Positions 46,785 through 58,000 of a DNA stretch of 58,875 nucleotides are shown piece by piece (the first letter of the stretch is position 1; each line of letters opens with the position of its first letter). Under the pieces are notes generated by a model. It was not told where the DNA came from. It ran no database searches and saw only the letters and a list, made by a program, of their open reading frames with translations. The stretch is taken from NCBI GenBank assembly GCA_000388065.2, contig KB932204.1; one strand, given 5' to 3'. This DNA comes from Fonticula alba ATCC 38817 (lineage: Eukaryota; Protista; Nucleariida). The position numbers were made by a program, and so were the translations under genes.

Positions 46785-49700
46785 GCACTCTCGAGACGAG
46801 TGCTAATTGACTAGGATTGAATGGGCGCATATCAGGGTTGATGTGCAGTTGAATCGCTGATGCAACGTCCCAGAAATGAGTCGCCTCACTACCTTCTTTT
46901 TGCGCCCTGCCCGGGGCGGGGAGGGGGGCGCACTCTCGTTCGGTGGTGTGTGTGTGTGTGTGTGTGTGTGGCAGGGGGCGGGCACGCCTTGCCTCGGGTG
47001 TGTTTGCCGGCGGCCCTGCCCTTTTTTTGGTGGCGTGCACACGCACACGTCGAGAGGGCCGGGGGGATATCCCGGGCTCGGTGTGCGTTGGGCATGCGGG
47101 AAAACCGGGGCCCAGAGGGCTGGGGAGAGCCCCCTGCCCGGGTGCATCTTTTGCATCGGTACGCGGGGCCGGGTGTGTATGTCTGAACCATGCACGCGCG
47201 CCCACGCTCCGGCGCAGGTATTTTTCGATCGGCCAGGCGCCCCCCAGGGGCGGGGGGCAGGGCGGAGGCGGGTTGCAAGGGCTCGTACAGACACACGCAC
47301 GGGGCATGGCTTCACAAGCATTCCGTATGTCCTCCCCAGATGGGGGGAGGGGGGGGGGGGCATGCGCCCCTCGTTCCCGGCTCGGGCCCGCCGGGAGAGG
47401 CACGGACAGGGGCGGGAGGGCAGAACCACGGGCCCGGCGTCCGGGCCGCGCCCGGGCCCGTCCGTTGTGGCCCTGGCCCGCGCGCCCGGGCGAGGGGGAC
47501 TGGGCGCCGGCATGCGCGTCGGCGCGGGCGGGGCTGTCGTTCGCGAGGGCTCGCCGAGGCCGCGCCCCCGAGATACGGCCGGCGGCCCCCCCCGCCCCCC
47601 CCCCGCGCCCCCCCCCCCGCGCCCCGCGCCCCGAGCCGAAGACGCGGCGCGGGCCCGGCCGCCGGCGACGGAAAATAACGGGCCCAGCATGGCCTCAAGG
47701 GCGGCCCTTTTGGTGTGCGCGCGGCCGGGTCCGGCCCCGGGGATGACTCAGGCCCCGGCCGGCCGGGCGAGCACAATCGACTTGGCGAGCGCCGAAAGCG
47801 AATGGACCGGCCGGTGCGCAGGTGGCTGGATGTTGGCCGCGGTGCCACGCGGCGCCGGCGGCGATGGCCTGGGCTTTGGGCGTTGTCCGGCGCCGGGGCA
47901 TCAACTGACCCCGGCCCACGCGCCGAGGCGTCCGCCGGCGCCGCTTCCGAGTGGCCCTTTCCCATGGTAATATCGGGTTGCTCAGATTTGCACATCGCCT
48001 CGCAGACATGGACGGCGCGCGGCCGACAAAGGCGGCTCGCGCGAGCTCGCGCAGACCAGTCCGCGCGCGCGCGGCCCGGCCGGCGCGCCTCGTCGCCCCG
48101 GCCGGCTGCGGGCGGGTCGAGTCCCCGCCGCGCTCCTCCGGCGCGGTGGCCCCCGGCGCCGGGGCCTGGCGCTGGCCGGGTTTTGGCCCGCCCGCGGCCG
48201 GCCGGGGGCGCTGCTCCGCCGCGAGGAATGCGCCCGCAGCCGCGCGGTCGCCCCGCCGCCGGCCATCCGCGGGAGGCCCCGGCAGCGGGGGCAGCGCCCT
48301 CCGGCCGGGCGGATTCTCCCGCACGGCGGATGCGGCGGGTTTGCCTCCCCCGGGGCGCCGGTGTCACCCGGACGCCGCCGCCGGGGGCAGGCAGGCAGGC
48401 AGGGGGGGGGGGGCGGCGTTGCTGGCGTGTTTGTTATGCCAACTCGTAGCCCATCTGGGCGGGGGGTGGCGGTGCCGTCGCGCGCGTCTCAGATGCACGC
48501 CCTCTTGCCCCGACCGGGTCGAACGGCGCCGATTGGGGGAACCCGCCGCGGCGGGTCCCGCCCGCCCCTCGGCCCCGAGTCTGCTCGCGGTTGCGGAGGT
48601 GTGTGGGTGTGCCGGAGTCTCTGTTGCCAGGGGCTCCGGCGGTGCTGGCCGGGGGCGCAGGTCGCGCCCCAGCCCCGAATGCCGAGAGGCCTGCCCGGGC
48701 TCGCGCGAGAGGCCCAACCAGCCAGGGGACCTCGGGCATTCCATCGCCCCCCCCCCCCCCGCCCCTCGGCCGCCGCTCCGCCTCGCCGGGGGCATCCCGC
48801 AGCCTGGGGCCGGGCTCGCGCCTCCGCGNNNNNNNNNNNNNNNNNNNNNNNNNNNNNNNNNNNNNNNNNNNNNNNNNNNNNNNNNNNNNNNNNNNNNNNN
48901 NNNNNNNNNNNNNNNNNNNNNNNNNNNNNNNNNNNNNNNNNNNNNNNNNNNNNNNNNNNNNNNNNNNNNNNNNNNNNNNNNNNNNNNNNNNNNNNNNNNN
49001 NNNNNNNNNNNNNNNNNNNNNNNNNNNNNNNNNNNNNNNNNNNNNNNNNNNNNNNNNNNNNNNNNNCCCCGCCTCTGCCTGCCTCTGCCTGCCTCTGCCT
49101 GCCTCGCTCTCGTTCTCTCCTCGGCCTCGCGCGAGTCGGCTGCGCCGGGTGCACGAGTTCGTCGACCCCCGGGCGCGGTGTCTGCCCGGCGTCTGGCCAC
49201 GGGCTTAGCACCCCGTCCCCCCCTCGGGGCAACTGGGGGTCGCGCGTCCCCCGGCCCTCCGCGGAGGGGCTCGGGCGAACGTGCCTCCCCCGCCCCCCGC
49301 CCTACGCGCGCGCGCGCGCGCGCTCCACGCCGCCCCGGCGCCCGGGTTCCGGCTACACACACCCCGCGGACCCGCCGCGCCGCGCCGCGCCGCCACCGGC
49401 GTGTCCCGTGTCCCCCCCCCCCCGGGGGGTGGCACCGGAAAGCGCAGCACGCCCGAGGGCCGCAGCGCCAGCACGCGCCCGGGCGGTTCGCCGTCCGGGG
49501 GTGCGAGAAAACAGAAAACAATCGCCGGTGTTTGGGTTTGAGAGGGGGCTGGGCGCGCGGTCCCGGAAAATGGGACAACCAGCGCTCCCGGCGGGGGCTG
49601 GCATCGACGCCTGCGCGCGCGGTAGGTGATGCCGCCCACAGCCCCAGCCGCCTGGCCGGAGGCCTCCGGGCGGGCGGGCGGGCGGGCGGGCGGGCGGGCG

Positions 49701-51329
49701 TGCCGGCCCGGCCGTGGGCGAGGCTCCGGCTGCCGTCCGGCTCCCGCGCCCGGCTGCCCGCCCACCGGGGGAGGGGGGGGGGGTACGCATGGACCTTGGT
49801 CTGGCCTGGTAGGCCAGAGGCTCCGGCCGGGCCGCCAGGCTTTCTGTCCCTCTGTGCCGCCGGGCGCCGGCCGCAACGGCGAGCCGATCCCCGAACAGAC
49901 GCCCAGGAATCCGCCGAACGCCGAGGGTGGGGGCTAACTTTCGGTTGCCCTCGGAGGGCTAGACCGTCCTCGCTCTCGTGCCCCCCCGCCCGCCCGGCCG
50001 CTCGGAGAGAGAGAGAGAGAGACACACACACGGGGGGGGGGCCTGCCGCCGAAATGGCGGCTGGCCTGCTTTTGGGGATGTGTTGGGGTGCGTACGCGCG
50101 GGCGCCCGCGTCCGGCCACCGCCAGACCGCAGACCCCCCCCCTGCTTTCGGCGTGCCCAGCATGATGACCGCGGGCACACGGGCATCCTGGTCGCGGCCC
50201 GCGGCCCGTGTCGCGACACCGAGCGACCCCCACCACAGCCAGCCAGGGCCACCAGGCCGCCTCCGGTGGGGGGAGGCTCGCTTGGCCGAGTTTGGCCGGC
50301 CACGCCGCACCAACCAAGGGCACACACATATACATGTCCCCGGGCCGGCCCGCGCCGGCCGAGGGCCAATTCCTCCGGATCGCGGGGCCTTCGCCCGCGG
50401 CTCCCCTGCCCATGGCGCCCCGGGGCGAGCGGGCCGCTTCAAATCCGGCCAGCCGGCGCGAGGCATGGCGAGGCCGACCCGGCGCAGGCACCCCAGCAAG
50501 GGCCGGGGCCGCCGCACGGCCGGTGCAACCGAGGGGGCCGCGCCGGCCACCGCGCGACTTCAGCCCCGAGGGCACCAGCCTCGCCGTCTCCCCCCCGCCC
50601 CCCCCCCCCGGGGGCTGGGGACCGGCGAGCGGCGCCCGAAGCACCGGAATCGCCCGGGCCACCGGAGAGGAGAGGCCGCGGACCAGGGGGACGGGCGAGA
50701 AGCCGGCCTGCGGCGAGGGGCGACCTCTTCCCCCGGGGCGGCAGCAGCAGCAGCAGCCACCCGAGGCCACACAGCCCGGCCCCCCGCCCCCCCCCCTTCA
50801 TCTCAACAAACACACGCCGCGCCGGGTGATTCTCCCGCTCACCTGTGCTGGGCACCACCGGCGCACACCTCCCCCGCACGGAGGGGCTATGGCGGCCAGG
50901 GGGGGTTGAAGGCTCGGTTGTGTTTTGGTTTGCCGGCTGAACGACCAGCGCGTGTACCGGCGTCGGGCCCACCTGGCGCGGAATGGGACGCCCGCGGCCG
51001 GCACGCGCGCAGGCATGGGGGCGCGCCGGGCGCTAGGCACCGAGCGCCCGGCGCCAGCCCCCCCCCCCCAGAGGGGAAGCAGCCCCGTCGGAACCCCGGG
51101 CAAACAGGGGCCCGGTGTAGGGTCCCCCCCCCCCCCCCGCATCCCGGGAATGGGGGGCGCGGGATCTGGAAGTATGCCACCGCAAACGGCGGCGCCGTCC
51201 CCTCCACCGCCCGAACGCGATCCACCGCCGCCGGCCGTCCCCCCTTGTCAAGACTGACTGGCGCGAGGCAGAGCCGACGGGCCAAGCGAGGGGCAGCCCG
51301 GAAGGGGCGCCTCACAGGACGCAACACGC

Positions 51330-51364
<35 letters not shown>

Positions 51365-51835
51365 CGGCGCGCCGCCAGGAGGGGAGACGCAATCGCCAGG
51401 GCACCAGCCTGCCGCCCGGGGCGCGCAGCCCCGCCCGCTCGCCCGCCCGCCCGCCCGCCCGCCCGGACACCCTCCGGGACCTCCCTGCCCCGCCGGCCGG
51501 CTCATGTGGGACCGGCCCACCGGCGCTCGGCTGCCGAGGCCTCCTCAATCCCCCACGCATCTCCCCGCAACACAGNNNNNNNNNNNNNNNNNNNNNNNNN
51601 NNNNNNNNNNNNNNNNNNNNNNNNNNNNNNNNNNNNNNNNNNNNNNNNNNNNNNNNNNNNNNNNNNNNNNNNNNNNNNNNNNNNNNNNNNNNNNNNNNNN
51701 NNNNNNNNNNNNNNNNNNNNNNNNNNNNNNNNNNNNNNNNNNNNNNNNNNNNNNNNNNNNNNNNNTCCCCCACCCTCCCCGCTGACCAAAACGCTCCATC
51801 CCCACCCCGCCACCGGCGATCACCAGCACACCACC

Positions 51836-54800
51836 ATGGGCAACCTCATCTCATACCAGCCGCCCCCGGGCGGCGTGGTGTGCAACCACTGGGAGGTGGA
51901 CATGGCCGAGCCGCAGGCCATCACGGCGGTCATCCTCTGGCCCCTGGCCGGGGCCTACCTCATCGGCATGGTCCTGCTGCTGGTCAACCGCAACACCCGT
52001 GTCATCGAGGCCCGATCGCCCTTGAACCTCATCGTGTCGAACCTCCTGTCGCTGCTGCTGCACATATGCATGTGCTTCAAGCTGCTGCTCCCCACCACCT
52101 GGCCATGCCTCTTCCACCTGTACGACTCGTCGCTGCTGGTGAATGCCATCTGCCACCTGTACCTGGCACGCATGTGGTGGCTGGCCACGCGGAACTGGAA
52201 CACCGAGCGCAAGAATGCCACCTCCCGGCGCACGCGCGCGGCCCAGGGCCTGGCCCCGGTGCCGTTGGTCACGTCGCGGGCCCTGCGCGCGCGCCTCAAG
52301 AAGCGCCGGGCCTCCGGCGGGGCCGGCCTCCTCGGCACCGACGAGCAACACACCATGCCCGGGGCCCCGGCCGGCGGGTCGCCCCCGCTTCCGGGGATCT
52401 TGGCCATCGACGGCCCCGGCGGCTTCGGCAGCAGTCACCACCACCACCACCACCACCACCCCTCGGGCGCCGGAAACATGATCCCCCTGCGGCCGATGTC
52501 CACCGGCACGCACCCGGGCAGCCCGGATGTCGGGAGCATTTCGACGGCCTCCTCATCCGGGTTCTCCACCCCGGCCGGCGGGTCGTCCCCGCACCAGCCC
52601 CCCGTCATCGAGGCGCAGGAGGACGACCACCTGGTCAAGACCGCCGACTCGGACTTCGGCATGCTCACCGACAGCACATACCCCCCGGGGGTGGGCTCCA
52701 CCGCGGCGGCCCTCGGCCACAAGCCGCCCCCCTCGCAGCAGCAGCAGCAGCAGCACCGGCCGGAGTCGCGGCTCTTCTTCCCGACCCCGGGCGGCATGTC
52801 GCTGACCGGGGCCGGGGCCGGGTCCTCGGCCGGCAGCCAATTGGACCTGGAGTACGGGTCCATCCCGGCCGAGCAGCTGGTGGTCGTCGAGCAAAGTGAC
52901 CCGGATGCCGTGTACTTCCTCGGGTCCTTCCCGGAGGACCCGTGGTACCTGCGCCTGCGGTACCGGCTGATGTTCGCCTCGTCGCGGCTCATCCGCGCGG
53001 TGCTCCTCGGCACCTTCCTGGTGTCCATCCTGCCGACGCTGCTCTTCACGCCGCGCGTCATGCCGGACAATGCCCCGCGCTTGCATTGCGACGGGTGCGA
53101 CCTGACCCTGCCCTTTGCGGTGCTCATCGTGGAGATCGCCATCTATGTGGCCCTGTTCATTTGGTTCAGCACGCGCTTCGCCCGCATGGCCGATGACAAC
53201 TTCAAGATCAAGCTGGTCTTCCGGTGGGATGCCATCATCGCCGGGTGCGGGGCCGTCCCGTGGCTGGTCTTCTCCGTGGCCTTCAAGAACTGGAACAACT
53301 ATGTCTACCGCATGTCGGCCGTCCTGCCGGTGCTCTTCCTCATTTGCCTCTTCGGCCTGGACACGGTGGCCCCGCTGGTGCTGTCCCGCCGGGATGAGCG
53401 CTTCCTCCGGTCCAGCCGCCGGAACTCCGGCGCCATCGAGCAGTCGGTCGAGCTGCTCCTGCTCCTGTCCAGCGAGGTCGGCGTCCATGCCTTCAATCAG
53501 TTCCTCTGCCGGGAGTTCGCCATCGAAAACCTCATCTTCTGGCAGGTGTGCAATGAGTTCCGCGACCAGTGCGACGCCCCGGGCGCCGATCCGGCCCAGC
53601 TGTATGCCCGGTACGCATGCCATACCCTCCGCCTGCCCTCTCTCTCTCTCTCTCTCTCTCTCTCCCGCCCAGCCTCCGGTAGCAGGTGGCAAAGGAGGCA
53701 GCCGGCCTGAGAGGGGGGGGGGGCGCCTCCCTTTCCGGCCCTCCCGCCATGCTGCGCGCGCCCCCTCCGACGCCCCATGCCTCGCCCTTCACTTGCGCCT
53801 TGTCTCTCCGGCCCCCTCGGCGAGGAGGCCTTGCCGTGCCCGTGTCCGGGGCCGCTCCCATTGCGCGCGCGCCCTGGCCGCCCGATGCACTGACACCTCG
53901 CTATGCTCTCCCCCCCCCCCCCCCCCCTCCCCCCTCCGACGCACAAAGCGCCATGGCCATCCACTATTCGCACATCCGCGCGGAGTCCGACCTCCAGGTG
54001 AACCTCACCCACGAGGTGGTCAAGGAAATCAACTCCCGGCTGAATGAGGCCCGCAAGCTGGCCGGTCGCCAGGAGGTGTCGGCCTCGGTCGGGACGGCAT
54101 CGCCATTCGGCGGCGCCACGGCCACCACCATGGCCACCCCCACCACCAGCCACGACTCGCTGGCCAACCTGCCGCCGGTGCCGGCGGCGCCGCCGGCGCC
54201 CGGCGATGAGGCCGCCCCCCCTGGCCATGGTGCCAGCCACAGCATGTCGCAGCTCCACCGGTCGACCACCACCATGGCCAACGCCCCGGCCGGTGCCGGT
54301 GCCGGCGACCGGCCCGACCCCGTGCTGGACCCGATCACCGCGCGCAGCATCTTCACCCGGGCGCAGAAGGACATCTTCACTCTCATGCTGCAGGACAGCT
54401 ACCCGCGCTTCCTGCAGTCGTCGGACTTCGACGACCGTTGCCGCGCGGCCCTCAACCAGCTGAAGGCCAACTTCACCGATGGCGAGTCGTCGCACGGCGG
54501 CGCCGGGCCGCTCGGCAGCAGCCACTACCATCGCCACGGTGCGAGCATGAGTGTCGCCGCCGCCACCGGTGGCGGTGGTGGTGGCGGTGTCGCCGGCGGC
54601 AGCAGCGCCCTGGCCACCGACCGCAGCAGCTCCATGGTGTCCCTCCCGAACATTGCCTCTGGCACGGTGGCCGGCGCTTCCCCTGGTGGCGGCGGCGGCG
54701 GCAGCCACGGCTCGGCCGGCAGCAGCAGCAGCAGCAGCGGCGGGAGTGGCAGCACCAAGCGCGGGGCGGCTGCTGCCCCCTCCGGTGCCGAGTCCCCGCC

Positions 54801-55014
54801 CACCGGCGTGGGCAAGATCTTCCAGCGCATGTCTCGCCAGCGGTCCGCGCACTTTGACGAGGCGCCTGCTGCCGTGCCGGCCGCCGGCCCGGGCCAGTCT
54901 CCCAACTCGCCGGCCCTCAGCGATGTGCTGACCGACAGCGCCAGCGGCGGGGCCGTCAACACCTCCACCTCGGGGGATGTGCTTCTGGGCACGACCGACT
55001 CTTCGCCATTCTGA
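51836..55014 (+). CDS. 7TM-RGS fusion protein (receptor-like regulator of G-protein signalling); exons 51836-53610, 53949-55014; 946 aa (N-terminus could extend into gap 51576-51765)
   Basis: Seven hydrophobic segments followed by an RGS box: FNQFLCREFAIENLIFWQVCNEFR...AMAIHYSHIRAESDLQVNLTHEVVKEI...IFTRAQKDIFTLMLQDSYPRFLQS. ccaccATGG start context; lengths sum to 2841. Confidence 0.92.
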
Positions 55015-58000
55015 GCGCCGCGCCGCCGCCCCATTCGCCGTGTGGTTTTGTCACGCGCGTGAGGGCGAGAAATTTAGAGGGAGAGAGGCCCCCCTCCATA
55101 ACCGGCGGCGGACCCCCCCCCCCAGCCAGGCCCGTGGCGCACAAAAGAGACACCGGGGGCACGAGGCCAACCGGGGCCCGGGGGGCGAGGAAAGNNNNNN
55201 NNNNNNNNNNNNNNNNNNNNNNNNNNNNNNNNNNNNNNNNNNNNNNNNNNNNNNNNNNNNNNNNNNNNNNNNNNNNNNNNNNNNNNNNNNNNNNNNNNNN
55301 NNNNNNNNNNNNNNNNNNNNNNNNNNNNNNNNNNNNNNNNNNNNNNNNNNNNNNNNNNNNNNNNNNNNNNNNNNNNNNNNNNNNNNNNNNNNNNNNNNNN
55401 NNNNNNNNNNNNNNNNNNNNNNNNNNNNNNNNNNNNNNNNNNNNNNNNNNNNNNNNNNNNNNNNNNNNNNNNNNNNNNNNNNNNNNNNNNNNNNNNGTGG
55501 CCACCAGCGAGGCACCGGCCGCGTGTCGTAATAGCGGGCCTGCGGAAGCGCAGGGAGCAAGTGGGGGGACGTGTATGGCCCGATGCGAGAGAACCGCGAA
55601 GAGAAGGCGACAGGCGGAGAGCCCTGGGAGAAGATGGGGATGGGGCGCACGAAGTGGCCCCCGCCCTCTCGCTTCCCCTCCGGCCACACATGTGTGTGCC
55701 TTCACCCAGAGATGCTGTCGTCTTCCCCCCCTCCTCCCTTCCCCCCCCCCCCCCCCCCTCCCCCTACTCCAACTTTGCCAGCGGGGAAGGCCCTTACACG
55801 TGGGGTTTCCTTTTCTTAGAGGGCGGCCTCATGCGTCTGCCCCGCTCCTCCCCCCTCCCACTTCCTCGGCTGGCATGCAGGGGAGGATAATATATATGTC
55901 CTTGTGTTGTTTTCAGCCTCCCCTCTTCTTTTCTCCTCGCGCGCCGCCGAGGCTCGGCAGGGGGGGCGAGCGCGCCTGCCGAGAGGGGACGCCGTGTCTG
56001 TTTGTGCAGGGCTGCGGCGCATGCACGCACCGGGCACGCCGGGTAATATTGATGGCGTGTTCCTCGGCGGGCGGGCGGGCGGGCGGGCGGGCAAAAAAAA
56101 CCCCGCCCCCGGCCGGCGGCCCCCCTGCCCGTGCGGGATGGGGGGGGGGGGAGGGGCAGAAAGCAGGGGTGTGCTGGCGGGGGCGACGAAGGGCAGGGAC
56201 CGGATTTCGCCCCCGGCCCCCCGACACGGAGGCTGCTTTGCCCCGAGCCCTGTGGTCCGGGCTCCCCCCCCCCCCCCTCAACTCGGGCCGCGGCAAGCGC
56301 GTGTGTGTATGCTGTGTATGTGTGCGTGGGTGCGCAAGCGCGTGTGCGTGTGCCCGTGTCTATGGCAACATGGTGCGCGCGCGCGCGTCGGCGGGGCCCC
56401 GGCGCGGTGCAGCTCGCATGCGCGCACGCACATGCGCACGTGCGGCGGGCGCGCATACGCCACGCACATGCCAACTATGCGGCGAATGGGCGCACCGGGT
56501 GTGATGCGACATGTGACCGGCCGTGCTATCGGATTCCGCATTTAGATGCGGCTCGTGATTGTCCGGGGGTTTTAGAACCCGCCCGTCACGATCGCCATCT
56601 CGGCGGGGGGCGGAGCCGGCCACCACGGCCGGGGCGGTGGGGCGAAGGCGCGGACGCGCGGCCAACGAACTCCAAGCGTCGGGGCACGCTCCCGGCTTCC
56701 GTGGGCGGCGGGGCTCCCGCCGGGCCGCTCACGGGGGGGGGGGGGGGAGTGGCACATACGCCGGCGGCAATTAACGGATGGGCATGCGGGCGGCCTGGAG
56801 CTATGGCGGCCGCCCCCGCAGCGCCCTTGGGGCGCAGGGGCGAGGAAGGGGGGGGGGATGCATGGTGATCGAGCGTGCGGCCGCACTCGACTGTGTCAAG
56901 TGCCCCGTGGCCTGGAGGCCCGGCCCCAAGGCCCGGGCGCACACACACACACACACGTGCATATGCATACATGCATGCATACACGCCCCGTGTGTCGGGG
57001 CGATATGGTGGAGCCGCCCGCCGCCGTGGCCGCAGCCGGGGGCCTGGCTGGTGGGACGGGTGGAGATGGAACCCGCGGCGGCGTGTTGTTCCCCCCCCTT
57101 CCTCCCCCCCCCCCCTCCCCCTCCCGGGCCCGGAGCGGGCGAGAAGGCCGGGCGAGGTTTCACGCGGATCGACCCAGGACGAGGGGTGTGGGTGTGTATT
57201 GACAGCGGCTGGCCGCAGGGCCGGCCGGTGATTGTCCACTTCGGTCAAAAAAGGCCGCCGCCCATCCGGCCGAATGTGGCCGCCGAAACCGGGCAGATTT
57301 AGGTTGCAGCGGCCTTGTCCAAGAGGCCGCTGGGGGCGGGCGGGCGGGCGGGCAGGCGGGCAGGGGCGCCCCCATGTACGCGGGCGCAGCCGGCCCCCCC
57401 CCAACCATGGGCCGCCTTCCCCCTCGCCTCGCCGGCGCGCCCCCCGCAGGACGAGATGACACCGGCCGAACGGTCCTGCTGCGAGAGAGACACACGCGCG
57501 CACGGGCGGCTTGCCGGCTGGTGCGGCCCCGGGGCCTTGCACTTCGACAAAGGCGCACCGGTGCCAGGGCGGCCGTCCGCGCAGTTAAGCGGGCGCCTCG
57601 CCCCCTGCGCGGGGGCGGCATGTTGTTTATCTGGGCGGCATGTGTGCTCCGACGGTGGGGGCGCGCGCGCGGGCGCGAGCCGGCCGACACACCCGGACCG
57701 GCCCCCGGCCCTTCGTGCCGCCCCTCTTCCGGCCGCCGCGGGCCGGCGTGCGGAATGGCGCGGCGAGACGCCGGGGCCGGTCCAGGGCCCCGCATTGCGT
57801 CAGATGGCCCTCGCATCCGCGACGCGCCTCCGGGGCACACCTGCGAGGGCGTTGTGCCTCACGCGCCGCGGCCGGATGGCCGGCCCGCCGGGGGCTCGCA
57901 AAAGCGCCAGAGGCGGCCAGCGAGAGGGACTTAGTTGGACATCGCGCCCGGGCCGGCCTGTCCGGGAGGCCGGGGGGGGGGGGGCGGGGGGAGCTGGAGA

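Noticed and set aside
47951-51835. 1919-aa ORF 47951-53710 as a giant protein
   Set aside because: The upstream part is Arg/Pro/Gly/Ala-rich GC noise read through two N-gaps. Only the part from ATG 51836 has coding-like codons and domains.
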